NCBI GenBank assembly: GCA_051362555.1
Contig: CM120648.1
Coordinates: 19,092,587-19,156,586, forward strand
Source: Lingula anatina
Taxonomy: Eukaryota; Animalia; Brachiopoda
Direction: 5' to 3'
Length of the DNA stretch: 64,000 nucleotides
The notes under the pieces: generated by a model
What the model saw: only the letters and a program-made list of their open reading frames with translations
Told to the model about the DNA's origin: nothing
Databases searched by the model: none
Shown here: piece after piece, positions 36,170-47,460 of the stretch
Layout of the letters: each line of letters begins with the position of its first letter
How positions within the stretch are numbered: position 1 is the first letter of the stretch
Program-made: the position numbers and the translations under genes

Positions 36170-36770
36170 CATAACACAAACTGATTAACATCGTTACAAA
36201 TAAACAAACAAACAAACCAGCTTATTATCATATATGAGTCGCACCGGATTCTACATGTTACTACGTGCCATTTATACCACAGTCACAATATATGTTATTA
36301 TGCCGATTTTCATAACAGAAAGCATCACTCACTTACATGATCATACAGAACAAATAAGCGTACAATAGTCTCCACTTAGCTGTGAACCCAAGTACACATA
36401 ACAAGTTACTACACATGACACGATTAACATATAACGTAACATATAAACAAACAAACCAGCTTTTATCATATACAAGTCACACCGGATTCTACATATTACT
36501 AGCGTAACACAAAACACAAACTGATTAACATCGTTACATATAAACAAACAAACCAGCTTATTATCATATATGAGTCGCACCGGATTCTACATATTACTAC
36601 GTGCCATTTATACCACAGTCACAATATATGTTAATATGCCTATTGTCGGGAATAACAGAAAGCATTACTCACTTACATGATCATACAGAACAAATAAGCG
36701 TACAGTAGTCTCCACTTAGCTGTGAACTCAGGTACACATAACAAGTTGCTACACATTACAAACTAACGTA
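36170..36770. repeat. ~340-bp tandem duplication in the LINE 3' UTR
   Basis: AACACAAACTGATTAACATCGTTACA at 36173 and 36513, with continued similarity downstream. Confidence 0.8.
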
Positions 36771-36927
36771 TAACAAGTATCCATGAACAATCTGGTGCAA
36801 CACAAAAGACTTACAGTACGGACTATCGAGATGTGAACTTAGGTACGCAAAGATATTAGACATGCACAATTAGCTATGACTCCAAACAGTAAGAGGTTGT
36901 CATACCCTCGACACGTATTGTATCATT

Positions 36928-39900
36928 CTATGTAAGTCTAAGTATTAAATTGTGCAAGCATACGTACATGGCCTTAAGGTGGCCCAAATTCTGTACTGAG
37001 TCCAGATATTTTTTAGCAAATTCGACGAAAGAAATAAGTAATAATTGTTTGTTTCTGCACCTAAAGCTGTAGATATAGTATTTGATTAACATATTTAGGA
37101 CATTATACGCATCTTTGTTATTTTCTTTTTTGTCAAGAATTCCAAATATAAATGTTATTTTCTCTAAAGTCATATTCAGCTTGTCTTTGATTACATTTAA
37201 AAAGGTCTCAGTTACAGAACAATCCCATAGTACATGAATAATTGTCTCCGTCTCTTTCTCGCACCTTTTGCAAAGGGGGGTGTTAACCAAACCAGTTTTT
37301 GCAAGATAACTATTTGTCGGTAATATATGTTGATTTATTTTATACTGGAACCATTTAAATTTAGGACTGATAGGAAGGTTGAAAGGCAGTTTATTTATTA
37401 GAGACCACTCTTTGTCATTAATATTAAACAATTTATTCCAATTAATTTTGCCCTTTGAAATAGAAGCATTCTTACTAAGTATTTTATAAAAATCTTGGCA
37501 GCCCTTCTTACTTTTAAAGAAGATACTTAAATATTCTGGGAGTTTAGGGAGCATTACTTCAGATTCGTTTATATCATGCAATTTCAAGTATCGCTTAATA
37601 ATGCTTACCACCCCTTGATATTCTAGGAAGTTGGTCTGAATACCATATCGCTTATTTATTTCTTCTTGTGAGAAAAAGGTAATTGTTTTAGTGTCTTTTA
37701 TAAAGTCCCTTATTGCAGATATACCTTTATTAAACCAGTGCTTATAGTATATTACCTTACTGTCTACTCTTAGGGCTTCATTATACCAGACAGGGGTGTC
37801 CAACACGGGCTTGTTTTTCCCCCTTAACTTGTCTTCCTTAACCCTGAGTTCTTTCCATGCAAGTAACACATCCCCCTAGAACCGGTTTTGGCAAACTTTT
37901 AGACATTTATTCAAATACTCATTACCACCCACTGACAAAAGTTCGAAATTTAGATATTTAGCTACGATAATTTGCCATTTTTTCCTTTTTGTATAAATAC
38001 GTCTAATCCATGTTAATTTTAGTGATGATATCAGTGAAGGCAAGTGTATCATTTTGATACCACCTTCATCGTAATTTTTAATAATTATATCCCGCTTAAC
38101 TTTATCGATCTTTGAGTTCCACAAAAAGTGGAAGAGGTCACTCTGAAGGTCATTGATAAACCTTTGACTAGGATTCGGTAAGGATATAAACAAATGATTT
38201 AATTGGGAAATTATTAAGGATTTTATAATTATACACTTGCCGATGGGGGTGATCATTCTTCTGTTCCATCCATTAAGAATAGACTTAATTTTTACTAATT
38301 TCTTATCAAAATTAAGTTTGGGGATTTGAAATAGATTAACATGAAATTCAATTCCTAAAAGATTAAACTGGTGCTTTCCCCAATCAAGATGCATATGTGG
38401 CAAAAATTTTAAATTACTGAACTTCATACGTCCTATCCATACTATTTTGGTTTTATCTTTGTTTATTTTCAACCCTGATATTTTTGAAAATTTATCTAAT
38501 TCAATCATAAGTTCGGATAAAGACTTTTCTGAGCCATCAAGCATCACTGTCGTATCGTCTGCGTATTGAGTTAATAAAATGGGGGCGTCATCAATAGTGA
38601 TACTTTTTATATTATTGTTATTCTTGAGTATTATTGAGAGTATTTCCGCACATAAAATAAACAAATAGGGGGCTATTGGGTCTCCCTGCCTGCAGCCTCT
38701 TTTAATGTAAAAGGACTCTGAGAGATTGCCTCCTTGATTTATTGCTGCTTGTGCACCCTTATTAAAAGTATTTATCCATTTGATAATACTTTCACCAAAG
38801 TTAAAAAAAACTAGTACCCTGTCAATAAATTTCCACGACACAGCGTCAAAGGCCTTTTCGAAATCTAATAGCACTAACATTCCAGGAATATCGTTATCTT
38901 CTGTGTATTGCATAATATCGTATACAGTACGGATACTTTCCCCAATGTATCTCCCGGATATAAAACCGCATTGATCGTCTGAAATAAGTTTGCCCAGGTA
39001 TTTCTTGACTCTGGATGCTATGACTCCGGAGGCTATTTTATAGGTAACGTTTAACAAAGAGATCGGTCTCCAGTTTTTCAAGTATTGCTTGGGCTTTTCA
39101 CCCTTAGGGAGACACGTAATTACACTTTGTCGCTGTGTAATTGAAAGTTGACCAGTCGAGTAACCCCAGTTTATGGATCTAACAACAAAATTGCCGAGCT
39201 GTGACCAGAATACCTTAAAGAATTCGACAGTGAACCCATCCGAGCCTGGACTCTTATTACTTTTCATTTTTTTTCAGAATTTGGGAGGCTTCATTTAGAC
39301 TAATTATACCCTCTAGTTCACTTGACTCAACATCTGTGAGCCTCAATGGATAATTGTGCGGTAAAATTGTGCTTAAGTCAACATCAATCACTTCATTAGA
39401 CTCTGCAAATATCTGTTCGTAGTAGCATTTAATTTCTTTTAAAATTAATGTTTGGGTAGTAATTTCTTCTCCGTTATCTTTAACTATCTTAGGTATTATT
39501 TTTGAAGTGAAATTTCGGTTTTCTAGGTTTAAAAAATATTCAGTGGGTTTTTCACCCTCTTCCAGCCACTTTGTCCTGGATCTTATCATACTACCCCTTA
39601 TTTTATTTTCCCTGATGTATTTTAGTTCCTCTTGTAATCTCTCTATATTATTTGCGTTTAGATTGTAATTTCTCTCCAAATTACTTATTTCTGTTATCAA
39701 TTTTTTTTCTCTGTCGCCAACTAATTTTTTCTTATAAGATGAAACGGAAATGGATTTGCCCCTGATCTCCATAAGTAGGGTCTCAAGAAAAAGTTGATCA
39801 TTTACGGTAAACTGTATGTCAGAGTCCGGAATTGAGCAGATATTATTTAGGTTATAGACAGGAAGTGCATACTGGATTTTTATATTATTAATAAGTTGTT

Positions 39901-40699
39901 TTATATTGTCTATATATTCTATATCATCAAGCAGAGAATTATTGAATTTCCATAACCCTTTACCTTTCCTAAATGGGTTAAATTCAATATTAATCCCTAC
40001 AATGGAGTGGTCGGATCTATAACTCGATTCGATAAATGAGTTTTTAATACTTCTTACAAGGTTTTCTGTCACAAGGAAAAAATCTAGTCTCGCTTGTTTA
40101 ATGGGATTTTTTCTCCTCCAAGTATATCTCTTATAACATTCATGTTGTTCTCTATACACATCAACTAAATCATAAATTTCAATAAGTTCTAATACTTTTT
40201 TTCTTGCTTTTGGGTTGTTTATATGTCGATATGTCTGATCATAATCTATTTCTGGATTTAGAACCAAGTTGAAATCACCACAGATAATAGAGTACTCATT
40301 ATCGGTATCCTGTAGCCCCAATTCTATCTGTTTATAGAAGTCGGGAGAATCAAGATTTGGACCATATATATTGATCAATGTCACTTTTCTATCTTCTAAT
40401 AAACAATTTTGTAATAGAAAGTTACCCGCATCGTCTTTTTTTTCACTGATTACTTTAACATCGGCAGTGTTATTTAAAAGTATAGCGACACCCCTCGAGT
40501 TCGACCTGTACGAGCTAAAATAGGCCTTATATCCCCACTCAGACCTAACCCTTGATTCTATTTCAGACGTAAAATGTGTGTCTTGTAGGCATAGGATATC
40601 ATATTTCTGTTGCCTTAAATAAGAAAATATGTCTTTCCTTTTTTGTCTATCCCCAAGGCCCTGGCAGTTAACGGAAACAATCTTAATACAACTTGTCAT
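36928..40699 (-). pseudogene. LINE ORF2 (APE endonuclease - RT - CCHC), disrupted by one frameshift and one stop
   Basis: SVNCQGL, LQDTH, GDFN, RLDFFL, SDH (endonuclease); KSPGSDG, LDFEKAFD, RQGDP, QYADD (RT); CKRC..ETIIHVLWDC. Frameshift in the A run at ~39267-74; in-frame TAG at 37876-78 (likely from TGG). Confidence 0.93.
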
Positions 40700-40927
40700 T
40701 TGAATATACGGCTCTAATAAATGTCGAGGTTAGCTTTTTCCCTTATTTTGCTTTTCATCGCTCTCACCTCAAAACAACTTTTTACCACCACCAGATTGGC
40801 ACCGTTCTTCCAAATAGCTCCACCTATCATCAACATAAAAATATAATGCAATAAGTACACATTAATTCTACTAGTGGACGAGTATAAGAAAAAAGGTAAA
40901 ATTAACATAATTTGTCATTGTAGGCTA

Positions 40928-43900
40928 CCCAGACAGCCTCAATAATCTGGCCCACGTCTGGCCCAGATCTGGCAACGTCTGGCAATATCTGGGCCAGATT
41001 TTGCCAGACACTTGCCAGATCTGGGCCAAGTCTGGCAAAGTCTGGCATTTATGCCACATTTTGCCAGACACTTGCCAGATCTGGGCCAAGTCTGGCAAAG
41101 TCTGGCATTTACGCCACATTTTGCCAGATGCTGCCCAGACTTGGGCCAGATATAGTACTTTCATTTTCAATTTTTATTTTCTATTTATTTATTTTTTATT
41201 GACCAGTGAGCTGAATGCATTGAACTGACGTCATTTGATAAATTTTGATTTAATTTATCTCTCTCTTTTTTCTTCAAAGTCCCCTCCTAAGTGTGCTATT
41301 TGTTTAATTTGACTTGACATTTGAATGAATTCACTGATCTAAAACTTTTTTGGACTACTCGTTCCGCTGTTGTAAGATTCCGCTTTTTATGCTAAGCCGG
41401 TCAAGGACCCGGATGTAGCGTTTCTTAGAGTTATGGATATGAAAAAAGCACAAGCGTATCAAACTGAAACAATTTCGTTGAGTGATTTGATTCGTGGTGC
41501 GATTTATTTCGAAGGCATCAACACTGGCGACGAGGATAAACACTAGTGCAAAACTGTGAGTCAAGTTTCTTTGAAAAAAATGGAGAAAAAATGTGAAATT
41601 ACGGAATTCGAACCGTACAGAAGTCCGGAGACATTGGGTCACGCTCGACGCGATGGCTAGACAGTTTAAACTTTTCGCTGACGGAAAAAGATTGATCTTT
41701 TCAAAACCAACGAACGGCATGAATAATGAACAAAGATAGAAAATTAAAAATACATGACAAAGGAGACGCGCGCTTATGTTGTATTCAGCAGGGACAGGTG
41801 TACAACTTACAAGATATTTTCAGGACTCTCCCAAACACAGGTTAGAAACATGAATATACATAAGACAGTTAATGCTTTGAATGAAATTGGAACACCAGAA
41901 ACTGAGTATGATGAAACTGAAGTCATTTGACAAACCAAGCCAGTCTAAACATTACGAGTTTAGACATGAAAAACGAAGTAGAAACTCCCTGACTGAGAAA
42001 ACATGGAACGTTGGATCACTTTGCAAAACTCTGCAAAACTGAAACTATTATTCATGTAAATGACAGCTTTGAACATGAAAATCCAGGAGTGCATATACAT
42101 TTGGTGTGGGAACCAATGCACAGAAGACATGGAGGAAATAGAGGAGGTGTTAATCTCAGTGTATTACCAGATTCAGGTGCATATTGTAATATCATTGATG
42201 AAAATACATGGAGAATGCTGAAATCCAAGAAAAATAAATGTGGCTCTTGTGGAGGACCAGAAAACAAACAGTATTATTCATGTACACGTCTGAGAAACCT
42301 TTAAAAGTGAAGGGAACATTTGAATATGACGTAAAGGCAAGCAAAGGAAGAGACCAGTAGTAGTGAAAGGACATGGGATTTGATATGAGTTGATTAGTTT
42401 TGAGAATTTTCAGTGTGGTTTAAGGAATAAAAGTTGGAGTTCATATGCTATTCTGCAAATGTTAGAAAAGACATTTTAAAGACTGAACTGTCAATTAACA
42501 TGTTTTGAAAGGACCGTTTCTCTCCAAGAAAGGAAGGGATGTTGTGTTTGGACTTGACATTTGAATGAACTTTTGTTAACTTGGTAGAGTTACTTGTTCC
42601 ATTGTTGATTCCTTTAATAATTATAAGCTTGTCAAGGAGGCGGGTGTATCATTTCTTAGTGTTATGGATTTGAAAAAAGCGCAAGCATTGCAAACTGGTT
42701 CAATTCATTGAGTGATTTGATTCGTGATGTGATTTAATTCAAAAGCATTGATACTGGGGTTTGTTTTTGTGCACATGTAATTCTCTTTTAATTGTACATC
42801 TATATCTGTGCTGGAGTATACATATTTTTTTTTTTCAGAATTTACATGTATGTACAGTACTGTAGCCAGCATGCAAGTTGAATTGAAACAGTTACTGCAT
42901 GGTTATTTATAATTTTGTTATAACTCTCCATCATCTAAAAAAGAATGTTTTTTCATTCATTATTCAAGATTTATTCATTACAAAACTATATTCATTAGTG
43001 ATTATTATTATTAATGATATGTTTGAATTAGTTTAAAAATGACAATGTATAATATTATTTAGGTTGAGGTGTGCAAAAATATTTCCCCCTCAAATCCCCC
43101 CCCCCCCATGTACATGCATAATTAATTACAATTTTTGTAATTTGTGTTAATTCAGATTCGATGAGCAGCTTTGTGTTGAAAAAAAAATTGTTGTTATAAC
43201 TGTTTTCTTTACATGTATGTAAGTGACATTTCCTCCTGTTAAGTGTCTGTATATTTGCCTTTTTGCAGTGTGGTTTTTTTTTTTTTTTTTTTTTCAAACA
43301 TACAAATTGTTTTGTACAAAAAGACAAGGAGTGGCCCTTAATTTGTTGCATGTTAGTTGCCAGCAAGGTTATATAATGTGTAATAATTTTGTTTAGGCTT
43401 TTAGCACAGAATAAATACTTGAATCTTGAGTCTTGTATGTCTTTTTTTATAGTTATCTTATTGAATAATTAAAAATAATTAAAAAAAGAAAAAAAAAAAC
43501 AATCTGGGCCATATGTGGTCCATGTCCGGCCCTAATCTGGCCCACATCCGGCATGCCATACCTTTGCCAGATATTGCCAGATCTGGGCCAGATCTGGCCA
43601 CATGAGCAAATGTGAAATAATAAAAAAAAAAACAATCTGGGCCATATGTGGTCCATGTCTGGCCCTAATCTGGCCCATTTGAATATGATCTGGCCCATAT
43701 CTGGCCCACATCTGGCATGCCATACATTTGCCAGATATTGCCAGATCTGGGCCGACATCTGGCCATATGAGCAAATGTGGACTGGGCCAGATGTGGCAAT
43801 GTCTGGGCCAGATCTGGCCCAGACATTGCCACATCTGGCCCACATGTGGCAAGCCATACCTTTTGCCAGACATTGCCAGACGTTGCCAGATCTGGGCCAG

Positions 43901-43930
43901 ACGTGGGCCAGATCACTGAGGCTGTCTGGG
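40928..43930. mobile_element. CMC/EnSpm-like non-autonomous TIR element in the LINE inter-ORF spacer
   Basis: CCC...GGG termini with TA on both flanks; long TIR CCCAGACAGCCTCA.T.ATCTGGCCCACGTCTGGCCCAGATCTGGCAACGTCTGGCAAT; dense subterminal (TCTGG/CCAGA) repeats. Confidence 0.8.
41301..42753 (+). mobile_element. Old, internally deleted Gypsy-like LTR element
   Basis: Two diverged ~215-bp LTRs (41301-41523, 42540-42753); PBS TGGCGACGAGGAT (41525-37) complementary to the 3' end of tRNA-Ser(GCU); PPT AAGAAAGGAAGGGA (42526-39); protease relic VLPDSGAYCNII. Confidence 0.8.
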
Positions 43931-44799
43931 TATCTTATACTGTAGTGCAACAGCTTATCCGAGGTAAGGGCGTACGCCTTGAACCTCTCGCACTTACACT
44001 TGCTAGGTATTCCCTTTCACTTACACAGAATAACATGAGCTGTAAACTGTCCATTTTGACATACACACTTACACAAACGTTCACACACACACATATCCAC
44101 AATACACGAGTCATCACTACAAAATACCTAGGACGTACTACGAGTCCTAGAAAAGACAAAGCAGCGGTAACACTCACGACGCTTGCATACATCAACTAGC
44201 CGTCGGTCACGTGCACAGACACGGTGATTGTATTGTTGTTACAAACTGTAAAATATCGGTATGTTCTATTTTACACATGTCGGCTGGGACGCCAAGGGGC
44301 CCTTTTTGCGTTTGTGACATGAGCGCATAATAATAGGAGTTTAGTTCCCCGTCATTGCCTATTAAGCAATATATATATTGAGCAATGTGCACATAATCGT
44401 AGCCAAATACTCCCAATAGGTACGATGTCCCCTTCTATTCGGAGCGTACGTATACCAACCGACAATGAAAATTGAGCATTGTTGAATACATCTTATATTT
44501 GCATGTATTGTCAATAGCTTAGCTAGTAGTACCACATGTATAACAGCATACCGTATCTCGAGAAACGAGAGTGTGTGGTCATCCGGTGCCCACATCAGCA
44601 AGACGCCCCGTGAATACCTGTATTATAAAAATACATGATCAATAACTCAAAACTATATACAATTATTACTATCAAGTAAACAACCGAGACACAGATAATC
44701 TGTACATATATTTACCATAGAAGCAGCTCACCCACACAGGCGTTTGACTATATATGTATATATACATCTTATCAAACAAACTAACCTAGCCTACACGAT

Positions 44800-46032
44800 C
44801 TAATCTAATTGGAGAGCGTCAATTGCGGACTCTTGATAATAACTGAATCTCTCTGAATTTAAGTGCTGTCCAACCACCCTTGACACTACAATCAATCTAT
44901 TTTCTACCCTCTTGGCTTCTAGGAGGTTGGCCAGTGTTTTGGCTACACTTACATCGTTATTGTCATTGTAATATACTGTCCAGGCACCGCCACTTTTTAT
45001 TCTGTAGGCGTAAACAAGCGAGGCTCCGCTTACTTGGCCGCCTGCTATTATGGAGGCAAGCGCAGATTGTGCGTCTTCGACTGAATTCACTCTTGTAGAG
45101 ATTCCCATAAAGGAGTTACCCTTTGCTTTAGTTTTCTTTTCAGAGAACTTTATTTCATGTCGATGGTTTTTCCTATGTGTTGGTAGGTTTTTTAAACAGT
45201 TATCGGGCTTGCGATCATCTGGGGTATATAAGGAGTTATTTATATAGAGTTTTTCGCCCACTAACCTGTGTTTGATATTTTTTGCCCTTAATTCTTTCAT
45301 GACGGGATAGAGCGTTCTTCTTCTTTCTTCCACCTCCTTGGGATACTGGTCAGTTATCCTTATGTAGGTGCCCTTCAGATTTTTGGTATATTTCATAACA
45401 GTTCTTTTGTCATGGAATGTCGTACATTTTGCTATTATTGCCCGCGGTTTGGGTCCGTTAGTTACCGATCCAATGCGATGAACCCTATCAAAAGACACGG
45501 TTTCTTCCGCGGGGATCTTCATCTGTTGAATCAGCACCTGTCTCAGTGTATTCTCCACGTTTTCCTGCGGTCCAGTCTCGGGAATGTTATGAAATAGTAG
45601 GTTATCTCTCATGGATCTCGTTTGTAGATTTATCATTATCTGGTGATCCGTGTCGACTTGTCTTTGTAGGCTTTGTACTCTCTGCTCGCTAATATTGAGT
45701 TGTTCTCTTAGCACATTGTTCTCAGTTTCAAGAGCACTTACTTTCTCGTCCAGTTGGGTCATATTTTCATCGAGACTTTTAACCGAAATCTCAACTTGTT
45801 TGAGAGAATCTTTGAAGGTTTTTGTAATGGCGTCCAGTTTATCTTCGAACTTTGCCAAACAATCACTGATAATGTCCCTGATTTCGGTATTGTCTGTAAT
45901 GAGATATTTGTCACCCTCTTTTTTTCTTGAGCTTTTATCCATATTGCTCTCTTTGATGTGGAGTTTGGCCAACGGTGTGTTTTCTGTACTGGATGATGAA
46001 CTATGGGAAGTCCTTTGTCTTCCCCGTTTCAT
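44800..46032 (-). CDS. LINE ORF1p (coiled coil + RRM/CTD) with C-terminal IMPACT/UPF0029-like domain
   Basis: Heptad coiled coil; RSMRDNLLFHNIPE, DRVHRIG..PRAIIAK, ITDQYPKEVEERRRTLYP; tail GNSFMG..YAYRI..NDNND..NRLIVVSRVVGQHLNSERF. Confidence 0.88.
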   Translation of the reverse strand: MKRGRQRTSHSSSSSTENTPLAKLHIKESNMDKSSRKKEGDKYLITDNTEIRDIISDCLAKFEDKLDAITKTFKDSLKQVEISVKSLDENMTQLDEKVSALETENNVLREQLNISEQRVQSLQRQVDTDHQIMINLQTRSMRDNLLFHNIPETGPQENVENTLRQVLIQQMKIPAEETVSFDRVHRIGSVTNGPKPRAIIAKCTTFHDKRTVMKYTKNLKGTYIRITDQYPKEVEERRRTLYPVMKELRAKNIKHRLVGEKLYINNSLYTPDDRKPDNCLKNLPTHRKNHRHEIKFSEKKTKAKGNSFMGISTRVNSVEDAQSALASIIAGGQVSGASLVYAYRIKSGGAWTVYYNDNNDVSVAKTLANLLEAKRVENRLIVVSRVVGQHLNSERFSYYQESAIDALQLD

Positions 46033-46751
46033 TGTTTCATTGGCGCGATTTTTAAACGCACAAAAAATTCTCTTTTATCGTCACAGTACCGGGAACCCTG
46101 CCCCTTTCCGCTGTCATTTCACTTTATATTCATCCTCACACAGTCAGCCACAGTCCAACTACAACCGATCATATATAATTTAAGTATTTTATCACCGTGG
46201 CCCCAGCTTGAGTTCTACACCGCCGCCATCTTGTTCTCGTTCCGAGTGTTGTTCTTAGCTTGTCGATTAAGTATGTGAGTTCCTGCATTCTTATTTTCAT
46301 CAAACTGTATTAATAATGTTACATTAAAATTGACTATACCTTACAATTTTAATTGATTTTAATTAATGTTAAAACATTCAGTGTTTATCACCCCGTTATG
46401 TTTTGAGCTTACCCACTTGTATTCATCAGAGAGGATACATTTTTAAGAAAAAAATTTTTTTTCGCAAATTGCCGTTAAACCTTCAGAAACAGACGAAAGC
46501 TTCTAATTTATTTGATAACTGTTTCACAAAGTTAATTGACACTAAACACATTCAAATTTTGTGAATAATTACGATACTTTTTTATGCTAAAAAGTTTTAT
46601 TTTAACTGCACTGTTTATTGTACAGTCCTCATACCTCTGGGGAAGAAAACATGAGTAGAATAAGAATGTTGACGATATGTCGATGTATGAACAGTCCCTG
46701 ACAAATGAAATAAATTAGATTGAAAGCAAGTCTATAAAGATTAAGGTCTAG

Positions 46752-46782
<31 letters not shown>

Positions 46783-47016
46783 CCCCCCCCCCTTTGAAGA
46801 AGGCACATCAGCTGAAAACTCAATCGGGCGCTTGATACCAATTATACTTATTACATGCATTTGCAATCTAATTTATTTATTTTTATACAATATTTATACA
46901 ATATACTGCGGGATTAATACGATGATTTAGATGAATATGCACGCATTGCAATACATAACAATATGCATTATGCTAAAATCAGTTAGTTCGGCCATAGCTT
47001 ATTGTATTCTTCGCAG

Positions 47017-47262
47017 TGGCAGAAAGGGACCATCTAGATGATATTGACAAGGAGCTATTGGAAAAAATTGAGAAAATTGCCCGAGGAGAAGATGTGGAGC
47101 CAGAGAAACAGGTCACAATTTGGGATTTTGCAGGACAGGATGTCTACTACACCACGCACCAAACATTCCTCTCAGAGCGGATCATCTACTTGTTGGTATT
47201 CCGACTTGACCAGGACCTCGATGATAAAATCCGTGTATACAGGGGAGAGAAGACACTGAAAG
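47017..47262 (+). CDS. ROCO-HEPN gene exon: ROC G3
   Basis: ttcttcgcag| ... AAAG|gtattg, phase 1-1; TIWDFAGQDVYYTTHQTFLS ROC signature. Confidence 0.92.
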
Positions 47263-47389
47263 GTATTGTTGAGCTTTATGTATATATCTTTACATGTATA
47301 AGCTACTCAGGGCCCTCATGTAAATGGCCTGTCAGCTGTGTGTAATTTCTTTATTAAAAGACCCACATTTTTAAATCTCTCTATTGCTC

Positions 47390-47392
<3 letters not shown>

Positions 47393-47436
<44 letters not shown>
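47393..47436. repeat. (AT)n microsatellite
   Basis: Visible dinucleotide run. Confidence 0.9.
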
Positions 47437-47438
<2 letters not shown>

Positions 47439-47460
47439 CATTGAGTTTTTAGTAGTGTTA

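Larger units (their letters stand above)
35985..46242 (-). mobile_element. Full-length L1/Tx1-clade LINE with nested insertions
   Basis: 14-bp TSD CGAGTGTTGTTCTT (35971-84, 46243-56); poly(A) tail (T run to ~36022); 5' end GAACGAGAACAAGATGGCGG with YY1-like motif; ORF1 and APE-RT ORF2. Confidence 0.93.

Noticed and set aside
41525-41537. tRNA gene
   Set aside because: Only a 13-nt primer-binding site complementary to a tRNA 3' end; no cloverleaf.
40925-43950. Many overlapping ORFs rich in W/P/D/L/A/Q on both strands
   Set aside because: Produced by stop-poor subterminal repeats of the TIR element; no transposase motifs.
46310-46630. Possible further DNA transposon fragment next to the LINE 5' end
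   Set aside because: No TIR pair or TSD could be established by eye.
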